Positions 47,324 to 57,950 of a stretch of DNA of 64,000 nt are shown one piece after another. Source of the DNA: Candidatus Bathyarchaeota archaeon (lineage in GTDB: Archaea; Thermoproteota; Bathyarchaeia; Bathyarchaeales; Bathycorpusculaceae); the NCBI GenBank assembly GCA_963775465.1, contig CAVZIW010000006.1, forward strand, positions 252,755 to 316,754, written 5' to 3'. The notes beneath the pieces are model-generated. The model was not told the origin of the DNA. It saw nothing but the letters and a program-made list of their open reading frames with translations, and ran no database searches. The position numbers and the translations under genes are program-made. The number at the start of each line of letters is the position of its first letter. Within the stretch, counting starts at the first letter, position 1.

Positions 47324-50134
47324 ATGAACAATAAAGGTCAATTTTCAATAATCGCTGCTTTGCTTGTGGCAGTTGTTTTGGTTGCATCTGTAGTTACAAC
47401 ATACTCTGCTGTACGCTATAGTCAACTTCAAGATCAGCCACAAATTTTAAGTGCTGTTGACGAAACTAACCTTGGGCTTAAACAAATTCTTGGATTTACA
47501 GTGGGCTATTATGGTTCAGTTCTAAAAGTTACGGGTAATATGACTTATGCGCAAACATTAGCTCAAAATTACTTTAAGAGTGGACTAGATAAAATTGGTC
47601 AAATTCGACCTGAATGGGGCTTATCTATGAGCATGACCAATCTAGATTTAACCACTAACTGGTATTCTGATTCCAGCTTTAGCCAGGGAACAGTTAATGT
47701 TAATTATAATCTAACGGGGCTTGGAATTTCCGGAGTCGGTTATTCCACTTCAATACGCCTTGATGTTCAAGTAACCAATGCAACTTCAGCAGACAAAGCA
47801 CAATTTAAAGTTTTGACAGATGGAAATGAACCTCTAATTAATCTTGGAAAAACGAACCTGAAATTCTTTAACTATGATAATGAAACTTCGGCTTGGAATC
47901 TAGCTATACCAACAAACGTTGTATCATATGCTGATGGAACATATGAAATTGACCTCCCCCCAGGTGTGCTTGACAATGCATATGTTGTTCAAGTTGAAGA
48001 TACACGTGGCCTAATGGTTCTAGCTTCCTCTTTTACACAGTTTACTACTAGCTTAATATGGAATTCCACTTCCTATGGCACTGATTTCGACTTTGTTGAC
48101 GATGCAAATCTTGATGTTTTGGGGGCTCACAGTAACTTTGCTGCACAGCAGTATGGACCAGACGAAGTTTATGACACTTTGACGGAAGAGCCTTTAGGAA
48201 CGACGTACGTGTCAAACTATCCTACAAGTTATAAGCTCATCGGATCAACAACACTGACAGGTGGTTCACTCTCCAATATTCAAAACAACGACGGTGTTTA
48301 CATCACCTTCAGATCTTATACTTCGGGAGCAGAGAAACGTGCCCAAGTTGAATTCACTGGGACTTCAACCGCACCTTTCGACCTTATTTGGACAATAGAC
48401 TCTATCGTTTCAACATCTAGTGTCAATGTGACCTTCCAACTTTATAACTTTGCAACAGGTCAGTATCCCGTTTCTGGTGATGGATATGTGAATACTATAC
48501 TAGGCTCGTCTGGTCCAATAATAAATCAGAGTATAATCACTAACCCTGAAAATTTTCTGAACAGCAGCGGAAACTGGAAGATGATGATCACAGCGTTTAA
48601 GGTAACTACTTATTCGTTTTCCCTTAGCATAGACCAAGTTCAATTTACTTCAGATGTCACAAACTATGCTCTTAGCCTTCAAGAACAATGGTTAAACGTT
48701 AGTGCTTCTAATCTTCGTCAAGATTTATGCGTCAAAACTGGCACTATGGGTTCTGAGCCCTTGGTAGTTCAAATTTTGCATGATGGTTCGTGGCAAAATC
48801 TTTTGACTCTCGCTCCTAATTATTTTAATAATGCTTCTCTTGCCCCTTTCATTGATTCTTCAACTTTAACCATCCGTTTTGTAGGAAGCAATGACTTTGC
48901 AGATCCAACTCAAAGTAGCTGGAACATCGATGCAGTATTTCTGAAAGATCAACCAGACATTAGTTTTCTACTGACTCAGCAACAATCATCAACAATGACT
49001 TTGGAAGTATTGCAGAATGGAACAATACGCTGGCTTGGTCAAAATCTGCAAGTTACCACTCAAACCTTGCCAATTCCACCTGTACCCGTTAGAGCAATCC
49101 ATGTCAACCAAACCATAAACGGAGTAAACCAAGAAGTGCCTTTCCAAATTGAAGATTGGGCGTCCAATTATCAAATTCCACTCGGTTTAGCCAGTAATAC
49201 CACCTTATTTAGCGGCCGCCAAATGATTGTTTTCTTAATAGATAGCAAAGTTACTGACTTCACAATTTGGTGGAATGGAAGCGATGCTGCTACTCAAACT
49301 TCTTTGGCATTCACAAACCAATACTTTACCAATGATGACCCAGGGGCTTCAACACTTTCTAACGGTGATGTGACGTTATTAATTGGAGATTTTAATGTTA
49401 GAGCAACTGTTGGTTCTACTTCCAGTACTGCGAATTTCATGCGTATAAACCAGCAGAACAGCGTTTACGGTGCTGGAGAGGCATACGTTATTCATCACGG
49501 TATAGTGCGAGATATTGTACAGCAAGAATCAGAATGGAATAACGGTCCTGCTGGAAGTCCAAACCTATACGCAAACATAGTTTTGACTCTACCAGCAAAA
49601 GCAACCTACTATACGTATCAACTTAGAATTATGTTTATTAGTTCATCACAAGCTCGTTCAATTACAGATTTGTCGCCAATTCGATTGTCGACTTCACTTA
49701 GTTCACCTACATTACAAACAGAGAATAGCACTCTAGCAGGTTTCCCAATTCTCCAAAACGGTACTGCAACTTACTCCAACTTTGCAAGTAGTGGTTGGAC
49801 AGCACATCACTTCACCCAATTCATCACTGACACTGGAAAAGGCGCAGGAATAATGTTCACGGACACCGCTAACCAAAAACTCTACGCGTTTAACTCATTT
49901 CCAGCAAGCACCTCTAACGGCGCATTAAAAGCCAGTAATGGATTGCTTGAGTTATTACCTGTAAGTCAATCCCAAGTACAGTTTACTTCCGCCTATGACA
50001 TTACGTGGAATGGCGCTGTGGTAACATTCGATAATACCACACCCCTCTGCGGATTGTACAGTGGAACAACACCTATTGGCTTTTGGATACTTGCTGAATA
50101 TCCTCCAACTTTAACAGTGGTCCCCCGAAGTTAA
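47324..50134 (+). CDS. 936-aa pilin-like adhesin with class III signal peptide
   Basis: MNNKG/QFSIIAALLVAVVLV cleavage motif, beta-rich body and many N-x-S/T sequons. Confidence 0.75.
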   Translation: MNNKGQFSIIAALLVAVVLVASVVTTYSAVRYSQLQDQPQILSAVDETNLGLKQILGFTVGYYGSVLKVTGNMTYAQTLAQNYFKSGLDKIGQIRPEWGLSMSMTNLDLTTNWYSDSSFSQGTVNVNYNLTGLGISGVGYSTSIRLDVQVTNATSADKAQFKVLTDGNEPLINLGKTNLKFFNYDNETSAWNLAIPTNVVSYADGTYEIDLPPGVLDNAYVVQVEDTRGLMVLASSFTQFTTSLIWNSTSYGTDFDFVDDANLDVLGAHSNFAAQQYGPDEVYDTLTEEPLGTTYVSNYPTSYKLIGSTTLTGGSLSNIQNNDGVYITFRSYTSGAEKRAQVEFTGTSTAPFDLIWTIDSIVSTSSVNVTFQLYNFATGQYPVSGDGYVNTILGSSGPIINQSIITNPENFLNSSGNWKMMITAFKVTTYSFSLSIDQVQFTSDVTNYALSLQEQWLNVSASNLRQDLCVKTGTMGSEPLVVQILHDGSWQNLLTLAPNYFNNASLAPFIDSSTLTIRFVGSNDFADPTQSSWNIDAVFLKDQPDISFLLTQQQSSTMTLEVLQNGTIRWLGQNLQVTTQTLPIPPVPVRAIHVNQTINGVNQEVPFQIEDWASNYQIPLGLASNTTLFSGRQMIVFLIDSKVTDFTIWWNGSDAATQTSLAFTNQYFTNDDPGASTLSNGDVTLLIGDFNVRATVGSTSSTANFMRINQQNSVYGAGEAYVIHHGIVRDIVQQESEWNNGPAGSPNLYANIVLTLPAKATYYTYQLRIMFISSSQARSITDLSPIRLSTSLSSPTLQTENSTLAGFPILQNGTATYSNFASSGWTAHHFTQFITDTGKGAGIMFTDTANQKLYAFNSFPASTSNGALKASNGLLELLPVSQSQVQFTSAYDITWNGAVVTFDNTTPLCGLYSGTTPIGFWILAEYPPTLTVVPRS

Positions 50135-50230
50135 CTTCTAAAAGCTGAACATTTGTGTGACTTAATATCTACCGACAAAATCTTATAAGCTTCAAGAACT
50201 ACCGCATAAACATCCAAGAGGGCATTAACT

Positions 50231-51043
50231 ATTCAAGCAGTCGAATCAGTACTATTAGGCGTAAACATCGCAGTATCAATATTTGTCCTTACTTATTCAT
50301 CTTGGAGCGATTACAAAACAAGAGAAGTAAGTAATCGTGTCTGGGCCATTTATGCACCTGTTGCACTTGCGCTATCTTTAGTGCAAATAAGTCTTTATGA
50401 GCCATCACAATTGCCTTTCTATGCTTTAAGTTTCGGAGTAACTGCGGGTTTAGCTTTGTTACTTTTTTACGCAGGAGGCTTTGGAGGTGCCGACTCAAAA
50501 GCCCTTATGTGCATTGCGCTTTCACTTCCTTTTGCCCCTCTTCTACTGTTCAATCCTCTATTGGCAGTTTCACCGATATCGGAGCTTATTTTTCCAATAA
50601 CTATTTTTGGAAATGGCGTTCTGTTTGCAGCAGCTAGCGGTATTTACATGATATTACGAAATGTATTTTGGCACAAGAAAAGAGGTGACAAAATGTTCCC
50701 TGGGAATTTGGCATCAGAATCTATTGGCAAAAAGTTGCTAGTTTTGATAACTGGCTACAAAATGAATATTTCCAAAGTTAAAGACAAATGGCACATTTTC
50801 CCTATGGAAGATCTAGACGATAGTCAAATCGGTCTGAAAAGAAACTTGGTTATAGTTCCTCGTGAAGAAGGGCGAGAACAAATTGTTGAACGTTTATCCA
50901 ATGCGGTTAATGCTGGAAGAATTGATTGTTTCGTTTGGGCAACCCCCGGTCTACCTATGTTAATTTTTGTAACTTTAGGACTAATTACAGCCCTATTCTT
51001 TGGTGACGTAGTCTGGTGGTTGGTTCAAACTGTATTGGGATAA
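50231..51043 (+). CDS. Prepilin peptidase (A24; PibD/FlaK-like)
   Basis: Extension from an ATT at 50231 supplies the first catalytic Asp motif (SWSDYKTREVSN..W). Second motif FGGADSKA and C-terminal VWATPGLPML. Confidence 0.88.
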   Translation: MQAVESVLLGVNIAVSIFVLTYSSWSDYKTREVSNRVWAIYAPVALALSLVQISLYEPSQLPFYALSFGVTAGLALLLFYAGGFGGADSKALMCIALSLPFAPLLLFNPLLAVSPISELIFPITIFGNGVLFAAASGIYMILRNVFWHKKRGDKMFPGNLASESIGKKLLVLITGYKMNISKVKDKWHIFPMEDLDDSQIGLKRNLVIVPREEGREQIVERLSNAVNAGRIDCFVWATPGLPMLIFVTLGLITALFFGDVVWWLVQTVLG

Positions 51044-51047
51044 AAAA

Positions 51048-51272
51048 TTATTTTAACATATTTTTGCTTCGTTTAGAATAAGAAACTGAGGCTGTTAACA
51101 TTGAGACTGAACCGAAACCGACGAAAGCTATTGCTACTCCTCGGTATGGGTATGTTAAGTTTAGGCTTAGCGATGCGTTTTCACCCGCATTTTGGTATGA
51201 ATAGAAGAACATGGCGACCGCAAAAAGAGTAATTGCAATAAGCAGTAAACTGACTTCTGTTTTGAACTTCAA
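51048..51272 (-). CDS. Small two-TM membrane protein
   Basis: Two hydrophobic helices, YPYR loop, GGGAG SD. Confidence 0.6.
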   Translation of the reverse strand: MKFKTEVSLLLIAITLFAVAMFFYSYQNAGENASLSLNLTYPYRGVAIAFVGFGSVSMLTASVSYSKRSKNMLK

Positions 51273-51369
51273 TATATCTTGCTCCCTTTCAATTTCCTTT
51301 TAAGACCATGTTCTTAATCAAAAGGTTATTTTAGTTTTTTGGAAAAATACCTTTATTGAGGTCATCTAA

Positions 51370-52446
51370 TTGAGCGCGCCAGGGTGTAAAAGCGAGTTGG
51401 GAAGTTTCCAACGAGAAAATAGAACATGTAATGCTGTTGTTATGCCCGACTTCTTCTTTGACCGACTAATAAATTTAAACTGCACAATTGAAACTTTTTC
51501 GAATTTGATGTTGGACATCGTTAATCGGAAAGGTGGAAGCTTGGACGGGATATCACAAACTGAGCTTCGGGGTGGAAACGCAATTAACGTTGCCTCAGCT
51601 TTAACGAGTTTGGGCGTTAACGTAACGCCAATTGTGTGCACAAGCGAATACGGTTTGGAACAAATAAAACGAGCTTTCAAAAATAAATCAGTGGACACAT
51701 CACATGTAAAAACCTGTAAGAAGCCTTCAATTACTACAGCACTAGAGTTTGCAAGTCAAAGTGGAAAAACTAACGTCATGCTCCGTGACTTGGGTGATCT
51801 TGCTGATTTTGGTCCCAAAGACCTTGGCGAAAATGATTATGAAGTAATCAAAAACGCGGATTATACATGTCTTTTTAATTGGGCTGGAACAGCAAGATTT
51901 GGGACCCGTCTTGCCAAAGCGATTTTTGAAGAAGCAAAAAAAGGGGAAAGCAAGACTTACTTTGATACAGCAGATCCGCTACCTAACGCTAAGGGGATTC
52001 CTGATCTGATTAGGCAAATCATGGAAACTGATTTAGTGGATATTCTGAGTGTTAATGAGAATGAAGCTATCACATATGCCAGTTTCTTTGATGCGGGTAT
52101 AAAATCGAGGCGAGAAGGTTTTAAACAAGATGAATTAGCTATTGATGCAGCTCGTGTTTTAGCTAGGCATTTACATGCAAGAATCGATTTACACACATCT
52201 CTTTTTTCAGCATCGCTAAAAGGTAGTCGTGAAGTCGTCGTTCCAACATTCAGAATTCGTATTCTGCGGGCGACAGGCGCAGGAGATGCTTGGGATGCAG
52301 GAAACATAATTGGTGACCATTATGAGCTTTCTGATAATTGCCGTCTAACATTAGCAAACGCCGTTTCTGCATGTTACCTCCAAGATCTTCAGGGAATGCA
52401 TCCAACTAAAGAGATAATTTCCCACTTCATCAATACAATTGTTTAA
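51370..52446 (+). CDS. PfkB/ribokinase-family carbohydrate kinase
   Basis: GGNAINVASAL..LG, SVNENEA, ATGAGDAWDAG. Confidence 0.85.
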   Translation: MSAPGCKSELGSFQRENRTCNAVVMPDFFFDRLINLNCTIETFSNLMLDIVNRKGGSLDGISQTELRGGNAINVASALTSLGVNVTPIVCTSEYGLEQIKRAFKNKSVDTSHVKTCKKPSITTALEFASQSGKTNVMLRDLGDLADFGPKDLGENDYEVIKNADYTCLFNWAGTARFGTRLAKAIFEEAKKGESKTYFDTADPLPNAKGIPDLIRQIMETDLVDILSVNENEAITYASFFDAGIKSRREGFKQDELAIDAARVLARHLHARIDLHTSLFSASLKGSREVVVPTFRIRILRATGAGDAWDAGNIIGDHYELSDNCRLTLANAVSACYLQDLQGMHPTKEIISHFINTIV

Positions 52447-52505
52447 TGCCAAATTCTTTTAAGCTAACCCACTATTTACCCTCAAAGTATAACGGTGCAT
52501 TTGGA

Positions 52506-53858
52506 ATGGTAAAACTTTTTGGAAGTTCAGGTGTTCGCGGATTAGTTAACATTGATTTAACTCCAACTCTAGCATGCGAGGTGGCTAGTGCTGCAGCAAC
52601 TCATGCAAATGCCAAAAAAGTTGTTATAGCCAAGGACACTCGTGTTTCAGGGAACATGCTCGAGGATGCTTTGATTTCTGGAGTAATCTCATGTGGTGCT
52701 GATGTCTTCCTTTCTGAGATGATACCTACTCCAGTCTTAGCTTATACCTCTCGGGCTTTACGAGCTGACGTAGGCTTCATGTTAACAGCTTCCCATAACC
52801 CTGCCCCGTATAACGGCATAAAAGTTTTCAAAGGAGATTTATCCTACACCGATAATGACCAGGAAGCGGTCGAAAAAATTATAGAAAATTGTAGTTACAA
52901 GCGGGCAGATTGGAGAAATCTTGGAAAAATCTTTCATGTTGATACTGCGAAGATCTATTTAGACATGATTATGCGAGTTGTTAAGCTAAAACCGTGGAAC
53001 GTTGTTATTGACTCTGGATGTGGTGCTGCTTTTGATATAGCGCCAAGGATGTTTAAAAACTTAGGCTGCAAAGTAACTTCTCTAAATAGCCAACCAGACG
53101 GTCACTTCCCTGCCAGAAAATCTGAACCAACTGCTGAATCTCTTCGAGATCTTGCCAAAGCTGTTAAAATCCTGGGGGCAGATATTGGAATAGGGTTTGA
53201 TGGAGATGCTGACCGAGTTGCCTTCGTGGACGAAAATGGGGTTTTTATGAACTTTGACCGCTCATTGGCTGCTTTTGGCGCATTTGCGCTCAAGCGAAAT
53301 GGTGGTGGAACAATCATTACCACAATTGAAGCTTCGATGTGTGTGGAGACGATGGCGGAAAAATATGGAGGGAGAGTTGTTCGTACTAAAGTCGGAGACG
53401 TTTACATCTCTGAAGCTATAAAACGTGAGCGCGCAGTTTTTGGCGGAGAACCCTGTGGAGCTTGGGTTCATCCTGAACAACATTTATGTCCTGATGGTCT
53501 TCTTTCTGCTGCTTTTTTTATAGTAGCGGTTCAAAATGAAGGCAAAACCGTTTCAGAAATCATTAAAAATGTACCAGAATACCCAAATCAAAGAGTCAAC
53601 TTCACTTGCAAAAACGAGTTGAAGTATCCTTTGATTGAAAAGCTGAGCGAACTTCTAAAAGCAGCATTTCCTGGTTTCAAGGATTACTCTTCACTCGATG
53701 GTGTACGAATAGCTCTTGAAAATGGGTGGTTTCTTGTCCGCGCCTCTGGCACAGAGCCTCTGATACGTCTAACAGTTGAAGGAAAAACAATGAAAGCGGC
53801 AAAAGATATAACCCAAAAAGCAACAGCAATAATACAAAAACAAGTAGAGGCAAACTGA
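52506..53858 (+). CDS. glmM: Phosphoglucosamine mutase / phosphohexomutase
   Basis: KLFGSSGVRG, TASHNP..YNG.K, FDGDADR, GGEP.G, RASGTEP..R. Confidence 0.88.
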   Translation: MVKLFGSSGVRGLVNIDLTPTLACEVASAAATHANAKKVVIAKDTRVSGNMLEDALISGVISCGADVFLSEMIPTPVLAYTSRALRADVGFMLTASHNPAPYNGIKVFKGDLSYTDNDQEAVEKIIENCSYKRADWRNLGKIFHVDTAKIYLDMIMRVVKLKPWNVVIDSGCGAAFDIAPRMFKNLGCKVTSLNSQPDGHFPARKSEPTAESLRDLAKAVKILGADIGIGFDGDADRVAFVDENGVFMNFDRSLAAFGAFALKRNGGGTIITTIEASMCVETMAEKYGGRVVRTKVGDVYISEAIKRERAVFGGEPCGAWVHPEQHLCPDGLLSAAFFIVAVQNEGKTVSEIIKNVPEYPNQRVNFTCKNELKYPLIEKLSELLKAAFPGFKDYSSLDGVRIALENGWFLVRASGTEPLIRLTVEGKTMKAAKDITQKATAIIQKQVEAN

Positions 53859-53859
53859 G

Positions 53860-55137
53860 ATGAAAGCAGTCTTATTAGCTGCCGGTGCAGGCGAAAGACT
53901 TATGCCTATAACAGCGACCCGACCCAAACACCTCATAAAAATCGCTGGGAAACCGATTCTGGAATTTTGTTTAGAAGCGGTAAAAAGAGCCGGCGTCAAC
54001 GAGGTCATTGTAGTTACTCACTATATGGGAGAAACAATCCGAAACTATTTTGGTGACGGTGCAAAACTCGGTTTAAAGGTTGCTTATGTAGAGCAAGGCA
54101 AAATGTTGGGTACCGGTAACGCAACAGAAGTCGTTGAACCATACCTTGACGGCGATTTCATCCTAATCTACGGTGATTTGTTATTTGGTCAAAACACAGT
54201 TAAGACCGTTATAGAGAAATTCAAAGAGAGTGAGGCCGCAGTAGCTATGGCGGTTGTTCCAGTTGAAAAAACAGAAAACTATGGAATCGTCGAACAAAAC
54301 GTTCAAAGAGAAGTCAAACGTATCGTTGAGAAACCACCTGCAGGAAAAGCACCTTCAAATCTGGCTAATGCAGGAATTTACGCATTCTCAAAAGAAATCT
54401 TTGATGAAATTAAACGAACTAAAACTTCGATCAGAGGAGAATGGGAGCTCACTGATGCTATATCAATGCTTGTTAAATGTGGCAAAACAGTTAATGCCGT
54501 TGAACTTAGTAAAGGTGAATGGTTTGACATAGGTAGACCTTGGGATTTGTTGGATGCTAACATTTGGGCTCTTAAGCGTATGGAACATAGAGTTCTGGGT
54601 GTTGTTGAGCAGGGTGCACATTTGGTTGGGCCTGTTACAATTGCAGAATCTGCTCGAGTGCGTTCAGGTGCATACATCGAAGGTCCTGCATTTTTTGACG
54701 AAGAAGCTGATGTTGGTCCGAATTGCTATATCCGTTCAGGTACCAGCCTTGGCAAAAGAGTTCGAGTTGGCAATGCAGTGGAAATTAAGAATAGTTTAAT
54801 CATGGATGGAACGCATATTGGTCATTTATCATATGTGGGTGACAGCGTCGTTGGTGAAAAATGCAATTTGGGTGCAGGGACTATAATAGCTAACTTGCGT
54901 TTTGACGATGGGAGTGTTGAAATGATGATTAAGGGCAAGGTTGTTGATACTGGCAGACGTAAACTCGGTGTGGTAATGGGTGATAATGTAAAAACTGGAA
55001 TTAAGTCCATGTTTATGCCTGGTGTAAAAGTTGGCGGCAATTCATGGGTTGGGGCTAACTTAGTTGTTGAGAAGGATTTACCTGCCGATAGTGTTGCTTT
55101 GCTTAGACAAGATATTGAAATTCGATCCAAAAAATAA
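53860..55137 (+). CDS. glmU: Bifunctional sugar-1-phosphate nucleotidylyltransferase/acetyltransferase (archaeal GlmU-like)
   Basis: LAAGAGERLMP.T..RPK, EKP, RGEWELTD, hexapeptide repeats, HLSYVGDS, GRRKLG. Confidence 0.85.
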   Translation: MKAVLLAAGAGERLMPITATRPKHLIKIAGKPILEFCLEAVKRAGVNEVIVVTHYMGETIRNYFGDGAKLGLKVAYVEQGKMLGTGNATEVVEPYLDGDFILIYGDLLFGQNTVKTVIEKFKESEAAVAMAVVPVEKTENYGIVEQNVQREVKRIVEKPPAGKAPSNLANAGIYAFSKEIFDEIKRTKTSIRGEWELTDAISMLVKCGKTVNAVELSKGEWFDIGRPWDLLDANIWALKRMEHRVLGVVEQGAHLVGPVTIAESARVRSGAYIEGPAFFDEEADVGPNCYIRSGTSLGKRVRVGNAVEIKNSLIMDGTHIGHLSYVGDSVVGEKCNLGAGTIIANLRFDDGSVEMMIKGKVVDTGRRKLGVVMGDNVKTGIKSMFMPGVKVGGNSWVGANLVVEKDLPADSVALLRQDIEIRSKK

Positions 55138-55254
55138 TTAGTGCTTTGCTGTCATGAATGGTTGAGTTGTAGTTTTGTTGTACACATACACTTATTATAT
55201 TGTGTATCAATAAACAATAAAAGCATCTGCCATAATAACCTCAATCGACAACCT

Positions 55255-56544
55255 TTGACAAACAATAAACAAAAAAGTTATTTTCTTATTTCAATACTGA
55301 TAATTACACTTTTCGTAACTAGTCAACTAATCATATCAAATAGTGAACTTTCAGTATCTGGATTATTAAATCCCGGCACAACTGTTGGTGGTGAGTTAAC
55401 TGGAAACACTACCTGGACAACATCCAATAGTCCCTACATAATAGAAAATACGATGCTAATCCCCGAACAAGTAACCCTGACAATCGAATCGGGTGTAACA
55501 ATAGTTACGCAGCTAACGAGTGACACACTGTTCGTGATAAATGGAATCGTAGATGCCAAAGGCACAGCAAATAGCCCTATAACTATTGATGGGAACGGTG
55601 CCCCATTTATTTTTAAAACAAACAATCTTTTGCCAGGAGGCTTTATGAGTCTAACTTACTGTACCATAAGAAATGCGGAAAGAGCCTTCTGGTTTGACAA
55701 TACTGCATCCATCAACATAACACATTCGGATTTAAGCGACCTATCCCAGCCTTCACACCTATGGTTTCCTTCACTAGACTCCTATATTGAATATAATACA
55801 TTCGTTAATTCCTCAGGTATCGAGATCGCAACAGACGACTATTATTCTAACGCTTATGGCATTGTAAACGTAAGATACAATCTATTTACTCTCAACCAAG
55901 GGTTCTTTATCAGCAATCTCGCAAGCTATGGATTAAATAAGATCAATGTTAACAATAACACGTTCATCAATACAAACGGCATCGTTTTGGCAGTTGAAAA
56001 GGGTTATACCACCGTAGACATGAATGCATCTCAAAATTATTGGGGGACATCGGATATATCAATTATTGACTCAATAATTTTCGATAAGAACGATGATGCT
56101 TCATGCAACAGTTACATCAATTACATCCCAATCATCGAAACTCCTGACCCTGAAACCCCGATTGCCCCAGCGCCAACTCCGACACCTGAACCCACACCAC
56201 CAACTTCTCCAAATCCCAGTCCATCTTTTTCGCCAACATTGGAGCCTTCCCCGACCGTTTCTCCTCCATCATCAAATGATCCAACCCCTTCTCCAACTCC
56301 ATCAAGCTCACCCGCACCTTCTTCAACACCAATCCCGACTATATTGTCAGATAATTCTCCATCCCCTCAGCCAACGTTGAATTCAAATAACCTTTCAAAT
56401 ACAAATCCTTCTCCAACTCCCATAGCTCCCGAGCTTACAGCCCCAATTGCAATTGTATTTCTTTTTTCCATATTAATCGGGGCGACGCTTATTAAAATAA
56501 AGAAAAATAAAACACGTGTCTCTTCAAATAAGGCTAATATTTGA
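55255..56544 (+). CDS. Secreted beta-helix-like surface protein with a Pro/Ser/Thr linker and PEF-like C-terminal anchor
   Basis: N-terminal hydrophobic signal, NTTWT..NSPY, NASQNYWG, long PTPTPEP/PSP tract, IAPEL + TM + KIKKNK. Confidence 0.75.
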   Translation: MTNNKQKSYFLISILIITLFVTSQLIISNSELSVSGLLNPGTTVGGELTGNTTWTTSNSPYIIENTMLIPEQVTLTIESGVTIVTQLTSDTLFVINGIVDAKGTANSPITIDGNGAPFIFKTNNLLPGGFMSLTYCTIRNAERAFWFDNTASINITHSDLSDLSQPSHLWFPSLDSYIEYNTFVNSSGIEIATDDYYSNAYGIVNVRYNLFTLNQGFFISNLASYGLNKINVNNNTFINTNGIVLAVEKGYTTVDMNASQNYWGTSDISIIDSIIFDKNDDASCNSYINYIPIIETPDPETPIAPAPTPTPEPTPPTSPNPSPSFSPTLEPSPTVSPPSSNDPTPSPTPSSSPAPSSTPIPTILSDNSPSPQPTLNSNNLSNTNPSPTPIAPELTAPIAIVFLFSILIGATLIKIKKNKTRVSSNKANI

Positions 56545-56659
56545 AGAACCTAATGTCAATACGCACACTCTTCTGTGGAATAAGAAAGAGTTGCTAATTG
56601 CAACTTTATTCGTTGTTTTTCATAACTTGCTCTAAAAATTTTTTTATACTAGATGCTTA

Positions 56660-57950
56660 TTAGCCAGTGCTAGTGCTTAGGAGTTGGACATCCGCGATTT
56701 GGCTTGTGTCGGCGTATATACCAACTGTCACTACGTTTCTGCCTCCAGCGTAAATCTGGTTCAGTGCAAGTTCTACATACCAGTAAGGAACTAAAGCGAC
56801 AGAATTACCACGCGTATGAGGAACAAGCTGAACTGATAAGGGCTCATCCGCAACAGTGAAGCCAGAGACCTGCTGGCCTTCAATATTGTATGTTAAGGTT
56901 TTTACGTGGTTTTTGGCGATTTCTATTGCTTGCTCTCTTGAGACGGATAAGTTTGTGTTTCCCACAGTGTATAGAAAGTAACCGTCTGTTAGTGTTGTTA
57001 ATATGTTGTTTTGAAATATCATTTGTAAACCTTTAGTTTGATAATCAATGCCGTTATCAGTGTACATCCAAGCGAACAAAACAGTTCCCGCTGAACTGAA
57101 AATTTGCAGTTTCAAGTTTCCATCTACTACCTCTTGGTTATTTTCTATTCTTGTGACCGTATCTAGGCAAGCTGATCATTTGGGATAAGTAGTCATCTCC
57201 TGAGTAGACTTTGTAGCGTGCGAGCGTAAACTTAGCGTTTTGCAGTACATCGCCTGGTTGAGACTGCGCAAAAATAGGGGTGCTTTCAATCATGTGAAGA
57301 TCATATCTTGAGAAGTGGTTGTTTCTGAATCGAATGTCAATGTTTAGGTTGTTAAAGTTACTCTTAAGCGAATACTTTAGGTTTTCTTCAGATAGTCCAC
57401 CGATGTCCGTTCGCCAAACTACTTCGTTGTCATCCAAAGAAACGGTATAGATCATCGTATCAAGCTTTGTTACATTCTTAAAGAAGCTCAAAACTTTATC
57501 GGATCCGGCCCCATAGGTTTGAAGGCGCTGTATTTGTGATGAAAGTGACTGTTGGGCGCTGGTTAACTCGATTATTGAATTATATTGGAGGGCAGAAAAG
57601 CTGGCCAATAGCAAAACCGCAACAATGAGTGCGGCTGAAAAAACTTGCCATTTGAACTCTCCTGATCTACGTTTCGGTTCTGTTTTGACTTCTTCAATTC
57701 CCTTCATTGCGTCTACAGTGGCTACTCCAAAAGAGGATAGCTTGTATTGATCGTTGTCCATTTTAGAGATAAGTTCACCTAAACTCTCAAGGTGATAAGT
57801 CAGATTAGGGCTTGAAACTCCAAGCTCCTCAACCATTTCCATGAATGTCATGGGTTTGTTTCCGAGCATCCGAAGAATTTTACGTCTCACTGGATGCTTC
57901 AGCGAAGTAAACATTGTTGAGTAAATTTCGTCTTCGTGCGAGTTCGCCAT
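56660..57950 (-). pseudogene. ArsR-type wHTH + TM + extracellular domain protein split by a +1 frameshift near 57166
   Basis: LKHPVRRKIL...LTYHL wHTH. Removing one base of GG at 57166-67 gives ...QMISLLDTVTRIENNQEVVDGNLKLQIF, joining the two ORFs. Confidence 0.75.

Noticed and set aside
39911-51043. Archaellum operon
   Set aside because: No archaellin (FlaB), FlaH, FlaF or FlaG homologues. The layout fits a type IV pilus.
56150-56430. Pro/Ser/Thr-rich repetitive tract
   Set aside because: Ordinary low-complexity linker of a surface protein.
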